Shown here one piece after another: positions 7,921 through 17,000 of a DNA stretch of 64,000 bases. The notes beneath the pieces were generated by a model that was not told the DNA's origin, made no database searches, and worked only from the letters and a program-made list of their open reading frames with translations. Both the position numbers and the translations under genes were made by a program. Numbering within the stretch: the first letter of the stretch is position 1; every line of letters starts with the position of its first letter. Where the stretch lies: positions 1 through 64,000 of the IMG/VR virus record IMGVR_UViG_3300009104_000012; one strand, 5' to 3'. The DNA comes from a virus.

Positions 7921-8640
7921 CTATTTCCAGTTGTTTTTTACCCATTCCTGTGTCGATTCGTGTGGTTTTGGGTTGCCGTGGAACACAGCAATGGAGGCCC
8001 CCTGGACTTGTTCAAAGGTTTGTTCAGCTTTTGAGAAAACTGGATTAGTTCTATTTCGCCATTTATAAGAGAAAGACCACTCGTCTGGATATGGGTTGGT
8101 TTCTGGTCTCTTCCACATTATATCACTAACTACATTTTGGTCACCTTGCATTCTTTGGTATCTCTTTTTATCATTTAAAAAGTTATCCCATATAATTGGA
8201 CTTGTATCACTATGCCACCTCATTATACTTGAATTAAACTGGTTATCTGGTTGACCAAAATCTCTAATAACACAAAAATCCTTTACATCACCATATGTTA
8301 TAAACCTATCTATATTGTCTAATATCACAACATCTAAATCTAGGTAAAACCAATTGCTTATCATTGGTTTAAAATATGGGTGGAACATCTGCAACTTATT
8401 CCACCAACCTTGTAAATCGTGTTCTGGAAATGATTCGAAAGATATATTACCATCTTTGTTATGAATCATTTTAGGTAATTTAACGTGGTCTGTAAAAACG
8501 ATAAAATTATGGGGTATAGTAAGGTGTCTTCTTACCATATAGTATAAAGTTTGTACATAATCGGTACTAAACTTATCTCCCCAATACACACAACAAACAT
8601 TTAAATTTGTTATGCCATTGTCTAACTTAAATGGTTTCAT
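7921..8640 (-). CDS. glycosyltransferase (GT-A, phage type)
   Basis: CVYWGDKF, GWWNKL, YLDLDVVI DxD motif, NSSIM, GDQ, FHGNPKP. Confidence 0.85.
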   Translation of the reverse strand: MKPFKLDNGITNLNVCCVYWGDKFSTDYVQTLYYMVRRHLTIPHNFIVFTDHVKLPKMIHNKDGNISFESFPEHDLQGWWNKLQMFHPYFKPMISNWFYLDLDVVILDNIDRFITYGDVKDFCVIRDFGQPDNQFNSSIMRWHSDTSPIIWDNFLNDKKRYQRMQGDQNVVSDIMWKRPETNPYPDEWSFSYKWRNRTNPVFSKAEQTFEQVQGASIAVFHGNPKPHESTQEWVKNNWK

Positions 8641-8873
8641 ATCCAGGTATTATGGTCTTTAGGATGGTGTTTTGTATCTATATCAAAGATTAAACTTATT
8701 ATCAATACCGTCATAGCAATACCTATAATCATCCAAAGACCTCTTCCTTCGTCCCAATTGGTTAATAGATACCACAAAACTTCAACGCCATTCATTCCTT
8801 CTAATGGATTTACTGGTGTTGCGTTTTGTGTTAGTTTATCAAAAAACTCATCAAGTGCTTTTAGTTCCGACAT
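8637..8873 (-). CDS. small membrane protein
   Basis: One TM segment (LWMIIGIAMTVLIISLIF). Confidence 0.6.
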   Translation of the reverse strand: MSELKALDEFFDKLTQNATPVNPLEGMNGVEVLWYLLTNWDEGRGLWMIIGIAMTVLIISLIFDIDTKHHPKDHNTWI

Positions 8874-9702
8874 TTTGTTTCCTTAATAATTCATATGCTG
8901 TACCATTTTCAATTTCTGATAGGTTAAATTGATTATCTACTATAAATCTCAACCACTCATAAACCGTCTTTCTTCCTGGTCTAAATGGTTTTTCTATTAA
9001 TTCTATTTTTCTACCTGATACTGGAGAAGCTACATTTCTTATATGTGTAATGCAAGGTGTATAATTCATTATAGCATCCACAGCAGCTAAACTCATATTA
9101 GTTACCAAACAATGAGCACCTGATAAATCATCTTTAATATGTTTACCCCACCATTGATTACCAGGTCTTGGTTTATTTCTAACAACTATTTCTTTATCTG
9201 TATATTGTTTTATTTGTGCTACCGTTTCCTCAATCCATTGTTCTTGCGTCATACCATTTATTTCGTGGCAAACGGTAGTAGAAGATGGACATACTAATAT
9301 ATGATTTCTCTTTTCATCACCAGTATCCCAACCTTTAAAATCTACATCTATTCCTTTGCTACTTATTTGTTTAACTCTTTTACCATCACCAACTGAACCT
9401 CGTATTGTATGTAAACCACCTTTAACTATTCTAAAATAAGTTCTATCATAATCGTGTATAATAGGTTCTGGATATCTTGTAATTTGTTCAGTTAAATAAC
9501 CTACATCAACATACCACCACTCTTCTCCGTTCTCCATACATTTAGCAATTTCTTTTCTATTATTTCCTGCTAAACCCCAAAAGAAATGGACAGGTTTATC
9601 TGTTTCAGGCCAACCCTTTTGAAATGCTGGCCACATCTGGTGACTCAAACATTTATCCCAATTTATTTTATGATAGATATTCATTTTCCCATTCCTGGCC
9701 AT
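8851..9702 (-). CDS. polysaccharide-biosynthesis / glycosyltransferase-like protein
   Basis: WWYVDVGY, ILVCPSS, VRNKP, VTNMSLAAVDA; paralogue of 10366-11148. Confidence 0.65.
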   Translation of the reverse strand: MARNGKMNIYHKINWDKCLSHQMWPAFQKGWPETDKPVHFFWGLAGNNRKEIAKCMENGEEWWYVDVGYLTEQITRYPEPIIHDYDRTYFRIVKGGLHTIRGSVGDGKRVKQISSKGIDVDFKGWDTGDEKRNHILVCPSSTTVCHEINGMTQEQWIEETVAQIKQYTDKEIVVRNKPRPGNQWWGKHIKDDLSGAHCLVTNMSLAAVDAIMNYTPCITHIRNVASPVSGRKIELIEKPFRPGRKTVYEWLRFIVDNQFNLSEIENGTAYELLRKQNVGTKST

Positions 9703-10244
9703 CCTTCAGATAGTCCTAAATCTTCCCATTTCTTTCCACCTTCTTGTATATTAAGTAATGGATATTCTCCATTTACTTTATAATAATCATCAACAAATTC
9801 TTTTTCTATTGTATGGTAATCAACTGACATTGTTTTTTTATTTACATCACCTGAAAATGATGGAATAGCAGTCCTTACGGTTGGTAATTTCATAAACCAT
9901 ATCTCTATATTATTATTCTCTTTTAATTCTTTTTGTAAATAATTCCAAATACTATATGTTCGTTTACTTTGACCAACTCTAAATCCATTTAAATAAGCAT
10001 TGATTGTACTTTCAATACCACCTTTTGTTTGTGAACCACCAAACTTAACTATCTTTTTATTATTAGCAATTAAATATAACTTACCATCAGAATCTTGTCT
10101 TTCATCTTTTGTACAGGCAAATTTCATACTTAATTTATTCAAATCATTAAAATGCATTTCACCTAATTTTTGCCAGTAGGTCAAATCAAGTTCATCTATA
10201 GTTTTTATTTGTTTATGCCCTAATAGTTCTGCTAATTTATTCAC
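9681..10244 (-). CDS. GIY-YIG endonuclease, Hpy188I-like
   Basis: GKLYLI...IVKFGGS, IEKEF and YPLLNIQE follow the motif order of Hpy188I as recalled. Confidence 0.6.
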   Translation of the reverse strand: MNKLAELLGHKQIKTIDELDLTYWQKLGEMHFNDLNKLSMKFACTKDERQDSDGKLYLIANNKKIVKFGGSQTKGGIESTINAYLNGFRVGQSKRTYSIWNYLQKELKENNNIEIWFMKLPTVRTAIPSFSGDVNKKTMSVDYHTIEKEFVDDYYKVNGEYPLLNIQEGGKKWEDLGLSEGWPGMGK

Positions 10245-10369
10245 TTCTTTTTCTTTCTTCCAAAATAATGATCTCCAGGTTCATAGTCCCACCTTTTACC
10301 GTGATGACCTCTTAAATCAGCCCACCACATTCTTATTTTAACTATTACTCTTCTAATTCTATAACTCAT
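10241..10369 (-). CDS. small basic protein (42 aa, not in ORF track)
   Basis: MSYRIRRVIVKIRMWWADLRGHHGKRWDYEPGDHYFGRKKKK; overlaps both neighbours by 4 nt. Confidence 0.6.
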   Translation of the reverse strand: MSYRIRRVIVKIRMWWADLRGHHGKRWDYEPGDHYFGRKKKK

Positions 10370-11148
10370 TTATTTTTTAATCTATTCCAGGCGAATCCAT
10401 TTCTTAATTCTGTTAATGTGTATTGATTTGCTAATAAACTATCTATCCACTCACTTCTGTTTTCAGCATATAAAGGTTTCTCTATTTCAAATAAATCTCT
10501 TTTAGATACAGGTAAAGCACAGGATATTTTGTCGCAAAAGGACGGTACACCTGCCAACACAGCGTCAACAGCAGCAGTAGTTTGAAATGATATTACTGCC
10601 CAAGCACCTTTTATTTCTTCCATAAATGGTACTTTTGATGTCTTTAATCTAAACCTTACTTCTCTATCTGTAGACCTTCTTAAAATATTTTTCACTTCAT
10701 CTTCCCAAGTTGTATCACCTAATCCATAATAATTTTTCATAAATTGAGAAGGTGGTAATACTACAATATATGTTCCAGTTAACTGCCAATCTTTTATTGT
10801 TATTTTTTCTCTAAATTTCTTTATCCTATTATAATCTGATTCGTCTAATTTGTCAATATAATTTAATGATAAAGCATTCTTTGTTAATCTATATATTCTA
10901 TCTTTAAATATAGGGTTTATACCGTGTTTTTGTTCTTTGAAATAATAAGCGTGATCAAAGTAATAAAATTCTTTTGATCTTTTTAAAACTTCTCCAGTAC
11001 CTCTTAATACACCAAACATTGATACTGGTTTTGTAATGTCTACCGATTGAAAATCTGGACCGTCTTTATGTAATGTACCACCTGCACTCCGTACAAATGG
11101 GTCTACGACTTGGTCGGTCATAGGTCTTGTCAATAAACCTTGTATCAT
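10366..11148 (-). CDS. polysaccharide-biosynthesis / glycosyltransferase-like protein
   Basis: FYYFDHAY, VVLPPS, SFQTTAAVDAVLAGVP; paralogue of 8851-9702. Confidence 0.65.
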   Translation of the reverse strand: MIQGLLTRPMTDQVVDPFVRSAGGTLHKDGPDFQSVDITKPVSMFGVLRGTGEVLKRSKEFYYFDHAYYFKEQKHGINPIFKDRIYRLTKNALSLNYIDKLDESDYNRIKKFREKITIKDWQLTGTYIVVLPPSQFMKNYYGLGDTTWEDEVKNILRRSTDREVRFRLKTSKVPFMEEIKGAWAVISFQTTAAVDAVLAGVPSFCDKISCALPVSKRDLFEIEKPLYAENRSEWIDSLLANQYTLTELRNGFAWNRLKNK

Positions 11149-11816
11149 AAATTAACTTTTGATGTTTCATTAAAGTTGTTAAACCAATCTATAGAGTAAT
11201 CACAACCTTTGTATTCCTCAAACCAAGGACCGCCTTCTGTAAAGTGAACATTTTTAACATCTTCTTTATATTCATATTCACTAACTAACCAATTCCATTC
11301 TAATGGTAAATCTCCTATCAAATGGTCTCCTTCTAACCATTTAAATTGATGTAATTGTAATCCTGTTGCACTATTCACATAATCTGGTGTTAGTGCTGTA
11401 CACTTATCACAATTCATTAACATAAAACTTGACCAATTTTTCTTAACATATTTTGTTTGAGTTTGACCTAAAAACTTCTTTTCAGTTCTTGGTATATAAT
11501 CGTGTTTACATACTTGTACAGCATATTTTTCGTCTCTTAATCTCCACAATTCTGCAACATCTGTCATCATTAACTGGTCACAATCCATAAACAAAGCCCA
11601 ACCTTTATAGTTCATAAGGTGAGGTACTATAAATCTACTAAAACTAAATTCAGTTGATTCTATATTACTTCGTTCTCTAGTAAAATTATCCTTTATATTT
11701 GGTAAATATATCGGTGTAATAGATACTGGTCTGGTACTCTTTTTTAATATACTATATGAAAGTACATTAAATGCTACTTTTTCTTTACTATCATATCCAA
11801 TAAAAATGTTAATCAT
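11145..11816 (-). CDS. glycosyltransferase (GT8-like)
   Basis: IFIGYD, STEFSFSRF, FMDCD, KNWSS, WNWLV, HFTEGGPW. Confidence 0.88.
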   Translation of the reverse strand: MINIFIGYDSKEKVAFNVLSYSILKKSTRPVSITPIYLPNIKDNFTRERSNIESTEFSFSRFIVPHLMNYKGWALFMDCDQLMMTDVAELWRLRDEKYAVQVCKHDYIPRTEKKFLGQTQTKYVKKNWSSFMLMNCDKCTALTPDYVNSATGLQLHQFKWLEGDHLIGDLPLEWNWLVSEYEYKEDVKNVHFTEGGPWFEEYKGCDYSIDWFNNFNETSKVNL

Positions 11817-12046
11817 TATACATCTGTTCTAATAATATGTTTTCTTAAAGCTCTAACAAGTCTTTCTATGTTATCTATAATATCAATTAAAGTTTTATCT
11901 TTAATATATCCTTGTGATTCTTTTAACTTATCATATTCTTTTAATGAGATTGACACCATTGGTGAATAATCTCTATTACTTTCATTTTCATATGTCTTAT
12001 CGTGTTCATCTGTTGTATCAAATTCGCTCATTGATTTCTGCTCCAT
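11816..12046 (-). CDS. hypothetical protein
   Basis: 76 aa, coupled to neighbours. Confidence 0.6.
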   Translation of the reverse strand: MEQKSMSEFDTTDEHDKTYENESNRDYSPMVSISLKEYDKLKESQGYIKDKTLIDIIDNIERLVRALRKHIIRTDV

Positions 12047-12762
12047 TCTGGACTATGTGGTTTGTATTTTCTAGGACCTTTTCTATGGTCTAGGTACTGA
12101 TTTATAAATTTGTCTCTTGCCATAATATGGCCCATACCACTATCGCCCAATTTGTGTTCTATATATTCATCTTCATTTGCCAGCATTTTTCTGGACAAAT
12201 CTAAAGTATGACAATCAGTAAAAAATTTCTTTCCTTTTATCTTTATATCATAAACGGTATCGTGTATATACCATTCCTTGTATTGTTTAAAAAACTTATC
12301 TGTACATTTTTTAGTATTATTAAATGCAACAAAACCTGTTTCTGTATATTGTTTTGGTCTATCATAAAAAGATATAAAAACATTTTCTGGTAAACATTGG
12401 TCATACCATTCCATAGGTATTGTCTTAACAAAAACTGAATCACTATCTACATAAAATACCTTATCTGCATATTTTCTAGCTGCTGATTGAGCAAATACTT
12501 TATAACTAAATCGTACAGCGTCTTGAAAAAAGTCTCCTACAACTCTATTCTTATTTCTATCCCTAAACTTTAAACTTTCAGGTTCTTCTTCAAATAAATT
12601 ATGATAATGTAAATTAGAACCTTTTGGGTATTGGTTTATATCATCTTCAACAAAAATATGTAATTCTAATTCTTGTTGAGTTTGGTAATATGATGTTATT
12701 AACTGATTAGCATAATCATCATACAACTTTTTATTATATGTACTAATTAATATCTGTTTCAA
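12028..12762 (-). CDS. glycosyltransferase (GT-A)
   Basis: DAVRFSYKVFA, VDSD DxD motif, YTETGF, YLDHRKG. Confidence 0.75.
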   Translation of the reverse strand: MKQILISTYNKKLYDDYANQLITSYYQTQQELELHIFVEDDINQYPKGSNLHYHNLFEEEPESLKFRDRNKNRVVGDFFQDAVRFSYKVFAQSAARKYADKVFYVDSDSVFVKTIPMEWYDQCLPENVFISFYDRPKQYTETGFVAFNNTKKCTDKFFKQYKEWYIHDTVYDIKIKGKKFFTDCHTLDLSRKMLANEDEYIEHKLGDSGMGHIMARDKFINQYLDHRKGPRKYKPHSPEWSRNQ

Positions 12763-13862
12763 TCTTTACCTTCAATACTTGTTCCTAGATACGGATCATT
12801 TTCTTGATTATATCTTTGTGATTCCTCTGGAAATGTTATCGTAGGCCACATATCAGATTGTCTATCACTACAATATCTATCAATATCTGCGTCTACCATT
12901 TCTTCCATTAAACTTTGTACATTATGTTTATGTTCCCAACCTAATACTTCTTTTGCTTTAGTAGCGTCTCCTTGTAGTATATCTACCTCAGCAGGTCGTA
13001 AATGTTTTTGGTCTGTAGTAATAATTAATTGGTTACCTTTTGTAAAACACTCACCATCTTTCCAATAATGTTCTATTTCTTTATAATCTAAAGCCATATC
13101 TGCAAATTCTTTTACGGTATGGATTTCACCAGTTGCTAATACATAATCATCTGGTTTATCGTGTTGTAGCATTTGCCACATACCTCTACAAAAATCTTCA
13201 GCGTGTCCCCAATCTCTTTTAGCGTCCAAATTTCCTAAAACAATTGGTGTACTATTTTGTATCCAATGTGCTAAACCTTTTGATATTTTTCTGGTTACAA
13301 AATCCTCACCTCTATGTGGACTTTCGTGGTTAAATAATATACCACAACAAGCAAACATACCATACGATTCTCTATAGTTTATTGTAATGTGATGAGCATA
13401 TAATTTTGCAACACCATATGGACTTCTAGGCCAAAACTTCGTTGTTTCTTTTTGTGGTGTTTCAAATACTTTACCATACATTTCACTTGTACTTGCTTGA
13501 TAGAATTTAATTTTAGGATTAACTTGTCTTATACTCTCTAGTATTCTTAAACAACCCATAGCGTCTATTAGAGTAGCAAGTTCTGGTTGTTTAAATGATA
13601 ACCATACAAACGATTGAGCAGCTAAATTATAAACTTCATCTGGTTGAGTTTCTTCTATTGCTCTTCTTATATTCGCTTGGTCTATTACATCAAGTTCAAC
13701 AAACTCAATCTTATCTGTAATACCCATTTCATCTAATCGCCAATGTTTTGGTGATGTACTTCGTCTTTGTCCACCAAATACTTTGTATCCTTTTTCTAAT
13801 AAAAATTTGGCCAAATAAGCGCCATCTTGTCCTGTTATACCTGTTATTAATGCTCGCTTCAT
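12759..13862 (-). CDS. gmd: GDP-mannose 4,6-dehydratase
   Basis: ALITGITGQDGAYLA, YQASTSE, SPYGVAK, LFNHES, KRDWGHA. Confidence 0.96.
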   Translation of the reverse strand: MKRALITGITGQDGAYLAKFLLEKGYKVFGGQRRSTSPKHWRLDEMGITDKIEFVELDVIDQANIRRAIEETQPDEVYNLAAQSFVWLSFKQPELATLIDAMGCLRILESIRQVNPKIKFYQASTSEMYGKVFETPQKETTKFWPRSPYGVAKLYAHHITINYRESYGMFACCGILFNHESPHRGEDFVTRKISKGLAHWIQNSTPIVLGNLDAKRDWGHAEDFCRGMWQMLQHDKPDDYVLATGEIHTVKEFADMALDYKEIEHYWKDGECFTKGNQLIITTDQKHLRPAEVDILQGDATKAKEVLGWEHKHNVQSLMEEMVDADIDRYCSDRQSDMWPTITFPEESQRYNQENDPYLGTSIEGKD

Positions 13863-15016
13863 TTTATCTCCTTCAAAATTGAATACACCATTTCTATGTT
13901 GTCTTTTAAATCTCTTATATCATTTCCTATAAACAATCCATTATCGTGTATATAATTAGCATTTGGATAATCTCCATTTTTATAATATTCCATATAATCT
14001 ATTACAGGATTTTTCATAAAATTACCTGCAACAATAGGTCTGCACTCTATTCCATTTTCTTTAAATGATTTAACTACTTGGTCTCTTTTACCTTTTAAAT
14101 CATCTACCAATACAATTGAGAAACCAAACCAACTGGATTCTCCTACTTCTTTTTGTATTTGTACACCTGGAAAATCTTTAAATTTTTCTTGAAAGTATTT
14201 TGCGTTCTTAATTCTTTGTTTTCTCATTTCAGGCCATTTTTTAAGTTGTACACTTCCAATTGCACCACTCATTTCTAAAGGTCTTACACTATAACCTGGG
14301 GTTACAAAGGTAAAACTATCTTTAAAATTATCACCTGTTTTTTTATAAACTTTATTATCATCTGGTAAATCTCTACACCAACCGTGTGCCCTTAATGACC
14401 TTAAATAGTTAGCGTCATCTTTATTACAACACGCAATCATTCCACCTTCCATTGTTTGTAAATGATGTGAAAAGAAAAAAGAATAACTACCTAATATACC
14501 AAAAGTACCAGCATAATCTCCTGTATCTGTTTTAGCACCTAAACTTTCACAATTATCCTCTAATATCCAAATATCTCGGTTTAAAGCAATATTAAATATT
14601 TCTTTATAATTACAAGAATTGCCTAAAAGATTTACTGCAAAGATAGCGCAAGTATCCTTATTAATAGCTTTTTTAACTTCGTTAGGGTCTATGTTTAAAG
14701 TTTCCCTATCTATATCTACAAAGTTTAATTTAAATCCGTATTGTTGTAATGGAAAAAATGTTGTTGACCAAGAAACAGCAGGTACTATAATATTTCCTTC
14801 ACAACCATATTTGTGTTTCAATAGTGCTAACATTAATAAATTAGCAGTTGACCCACTATTAACCATAACTGCTTCTTTGCAACCAAAAAATTCTGCAAAC
14901 TCTTGCTCAAACTTCTTGACGTGTGGACCCATTGTATATCGACCACTTTTTATAACTGATTGTATCGCCTCTAATTCTCTATTGTCCCAAGTATCACAGG
15001 CTAATGGATATTTCAT
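13859..15016 (-). CDS. colD: GDP-4-keto-6-deoxymannose 3-dehydratase (colitose pathway, PLP-dependent)
   Basis: DegT fold with His in place of the Schiff-base Lys (SFFFSHHLQTMEGG); RAHGW, PGYSVRPLEMSGA and GESSWFGF match ColD. Confidence 0.88.
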   Translation of the reverse strand: MKYPLACDTWDNRELEAIQSVIKSGRYTMGPHVKKFEQEFAEFFGCKEAVMVNSGSTANLLMLALLKHKYGCEGNIIVPAVSWSTTFFPLQQYGFKLNFVDIDRETLNIDPNEVKKAINKDTCAIFAVNLLGNSCNYKEIFNIALNRDIWILEDNCESLGAKTDTGDYAGTFGILGSYSFFFSHHLQTMEGGMIACCNKDDANYLRSLRAHGWCRDLPDDNKVYKKTGDNFKDSFTFVTPGYSVRPLEMSGAIGSVQLKKWPEMRKQRIKNAKYFQEKFKDFPGVQIQKEVGESSWFGFSIVLVDDLKGKRDQVVKSFKENGIECRPIVAGNFMKNPVIDYMEYYKNGDYPNANYIHDNGLFIGNDIRDLKDNIEMVYSILKEIK

Positions 15017-15028
15017 AATCTTTCCTTA

Positions 15029-16882
15029 TTATATGTTCATTTTAAATACTTTATACCAAGCTGCAAATGTAGCTATTGTAAATAACTCCTTTTGAGATTT
15101 TTGACCTGCGTTTGGATGAACAACAGGATCACCTTTTTCATTTACATCTACTTTCCAATTCTTGTTTAACATATATTTATCATCAATTTCGGAAGTAGTA
15201 TATTCAAAAATATTTTGAATATCTTTATTTTTCATAAGACTTCTAAAATATTCTTTTAAAGGTGTACTATCAGGTGCTGGTTGTGTCATCTTTCCAATTA
15301 TACCTTCGTCTGTAGGAAATCTCCAACCAGTTTTATCTCTTTCTAATATTTGTTTTGGTAATCTTTTATAGTATGCTGTCTTTAGTAATGGTTTATTATG
15401 AAAAGCCCAATTTTCTTCTAAAAACTTTTTATTTACTTTAACTCTACCAGGAATAGACCTTACAAAATCTCTAAAAGTTCTATTCATAAATGGAAATCTT
15501 CCTTCCATACTAAATCTCATACCTAACTTATCGTTTCTTATTAAAAAATCTTCTGCTAATGTATTTAAACATTCTATGTACATCAAATCATTTAATTTAT
15601 CACCTTGTAAACCACCTTTAGGTAACCAACTATCAAGATACTCTATTTGGTCTTTATGAGTTGCCCATAATTCCTTATTATTTAATATCCTATGATTAGC
15701 ACATAAACCTTTTAATTTCGTGTGCCAAGGAAATTGTTCAGCTGGTAAATTTACTCCTAATCTATGATGTTTATATCCACATAATAATTCATCACCACCA
15801 TCACCACTTAAAGTCACCGTAATATCATTTTCTGAAATCATTTTATTTGTAGAATAATAAACTGGTAAACTTTTTGCTTGTCTAGGTTCCTCTAATGCTT
15901 CCATTGTATTTTCAAATTCATTAACATAATCTTGTTCAGGAAATCTAATTTCTTGATGGTTACCACCATACAAATCTGAAAGATAAGCTGCTAATTTAGC
16001 GTCTTCATTTAATCTGCTACCTCGGAAATATGTTAGAAAACTTGATGAAAAGGTATTAGGTTTTGTTTTTAAGTGTTGTGTCATTTCATATAATATAGAA
16101 GAGCTATCAATACCACCACTTAAAAATAAACCAATCTTTCTACGACCCATTAAGGTTTGTTTTACTGCTTGATTTAATTTAACTCTCACCATATCCGAAA
16201 CATCACCAGGAGACTTTATTGAATTATCTATTTTAATTGGAATATTATTAATATTTGTGGATACTTTCTTATCTGTAATTACATTTATTTCAACAACTTC
16301 ACCAGGTACTAATTTCTTTATACTTTTAAATAAAGTTAAATAACCTGCATTATAACCTTGTTTGTAATATTGTCTAAATCCTTCTTTATCTACTTTTCTT
16401 GGAAATCCTATTTCTAACAAACTTTTAATTTCGGAAGAAAATGCTAACTTACCTTGAATATAACCATAATAGAGTGGTTTCGTTCCATTACTATCTCTAG
16501 CAATAATCAAATTTTGTGTTTTTTTGTTATAAGCTGCAAAAGCAAACATTCCATCTAATTCATTAATAAAGTCTTTTCCTTTTTGGTCTAAACCAACTAT
16601 TAATGTTTCGGTATCTGTATCTGTTTGAAATTGATGTTTTAATGAATCGTTTAATTCTTTATAATTGTAAATTTCGCCGTTATAGACTAAAACCCAATCC
16701 TTGTAAAACCAAGGTTGTTTTGAATTTTCTACCGTATCTACAATTGATAAAAGATTATGACCTAGTGTAATTTGGTCATTGTGCCATTTACCATTTCCAT
16801 CAGGACCTCTATGATGTGCTTGACACAACATTTCGTCCATTTGTCTTTCTGAAGGCCAAAGTATTCCGTGAATTGCACACAT
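15029..16882 (-). CDS. asnB: asparagine synthase-like glutamine amidotransferase
   Basis: Cys2 Ntn nucleophile (MCAI), HRGPD, YNGEIYN, LSGGIDS, SGDGGDE. Confidence 0.9.
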   Translation of the reverse strand: MCAIHGILWPSERQMDEMLCQAHHRGPDGNGKWHNDQITLGHNLLSIVDTVENSKQPWFYKDWVLVYNGEIYNYKELNDSLKHQFQTDTDTETLIVGLDQKGKDFINELDGMFAFAAYNKKTQNLIIARDSNGTKPLYYGYIQGKLAFSSEIKSLLEIGFPRKVDKEGFRQYYKQGYNAGYLTLFKSIKKLVPGEVVEINVITDKKVSTNINNIPIKIDNSIKSPGDVSDMVRVKLNQAVKQTLMGRRKIGLFLSGGIDSSSILYEMTQHLKTKPNTFSSSFLTYFRGSRLNEDAKLAAYLSDLYGGNHQEIRFPEQDYVNEFENTMEALEEPRQAKSLPVYYSTNKMISENDITVTLSGDGGDELLCGYKHHRLGVNLPAEQFPWHTKLKGLCANHRILNNKELWATHKDQIEYLDSWLPKGGLQGDKLNDLMYIECLNTLAEDFLIRNDKLGMRFSMEGRFPFMNRTFRDFVRSIPGRVKVNKKFLEENWAFHNKPLLKTAYYKRLPKQILERDKTGWRFPTDEGIIGKMTQPAPDSTPLKEYFRSLMKNKDIQNIFEYTTSEIDDKYMLNKNWKVDVNEKGDPVVHPNAGQKSQKELFTIATFAAWYKVFKMNI

Positions 16883-16895
16883 AATCTAAGCGAAC

Positions 16896-16962
16896 CTCCA
16901 GAACAAAAAATTGCTGAGGTAAATCCAGCGCTCAAAATAGCCTGGTTTCTTCCAGTCTGGAG
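16896..16962 (-). promoter_or_regulatory. putative structured RNA leader sequestering the asnB SD
   Basis: Closing stem CTCCAGA/TCTGGAG plus three internal hairpins; GC-rich in an AT-rich background. Confidence 0.5.
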
Positions 16963-17000
16963 AGATCATAATTTTCCATAAGTTTTTTATACGTATATAC

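Noticed and set aside
13859-15016. Perosamine synthase or generic DegT aminotransferase
   Set aside because: The active-site Lys is replaced by His (SHH), which is diagnostic of the ColD-type dehydratase.
16896-16962. tRNA gene (cloverleaf-like fold with a 7-bp closing stem)
   Set aside because: No TTCRA T-loop, no D-loop GG, no canonical 5-bp/7-nt anticodon arm and no CCA; kept only as a putative cis-regulatory RNA.
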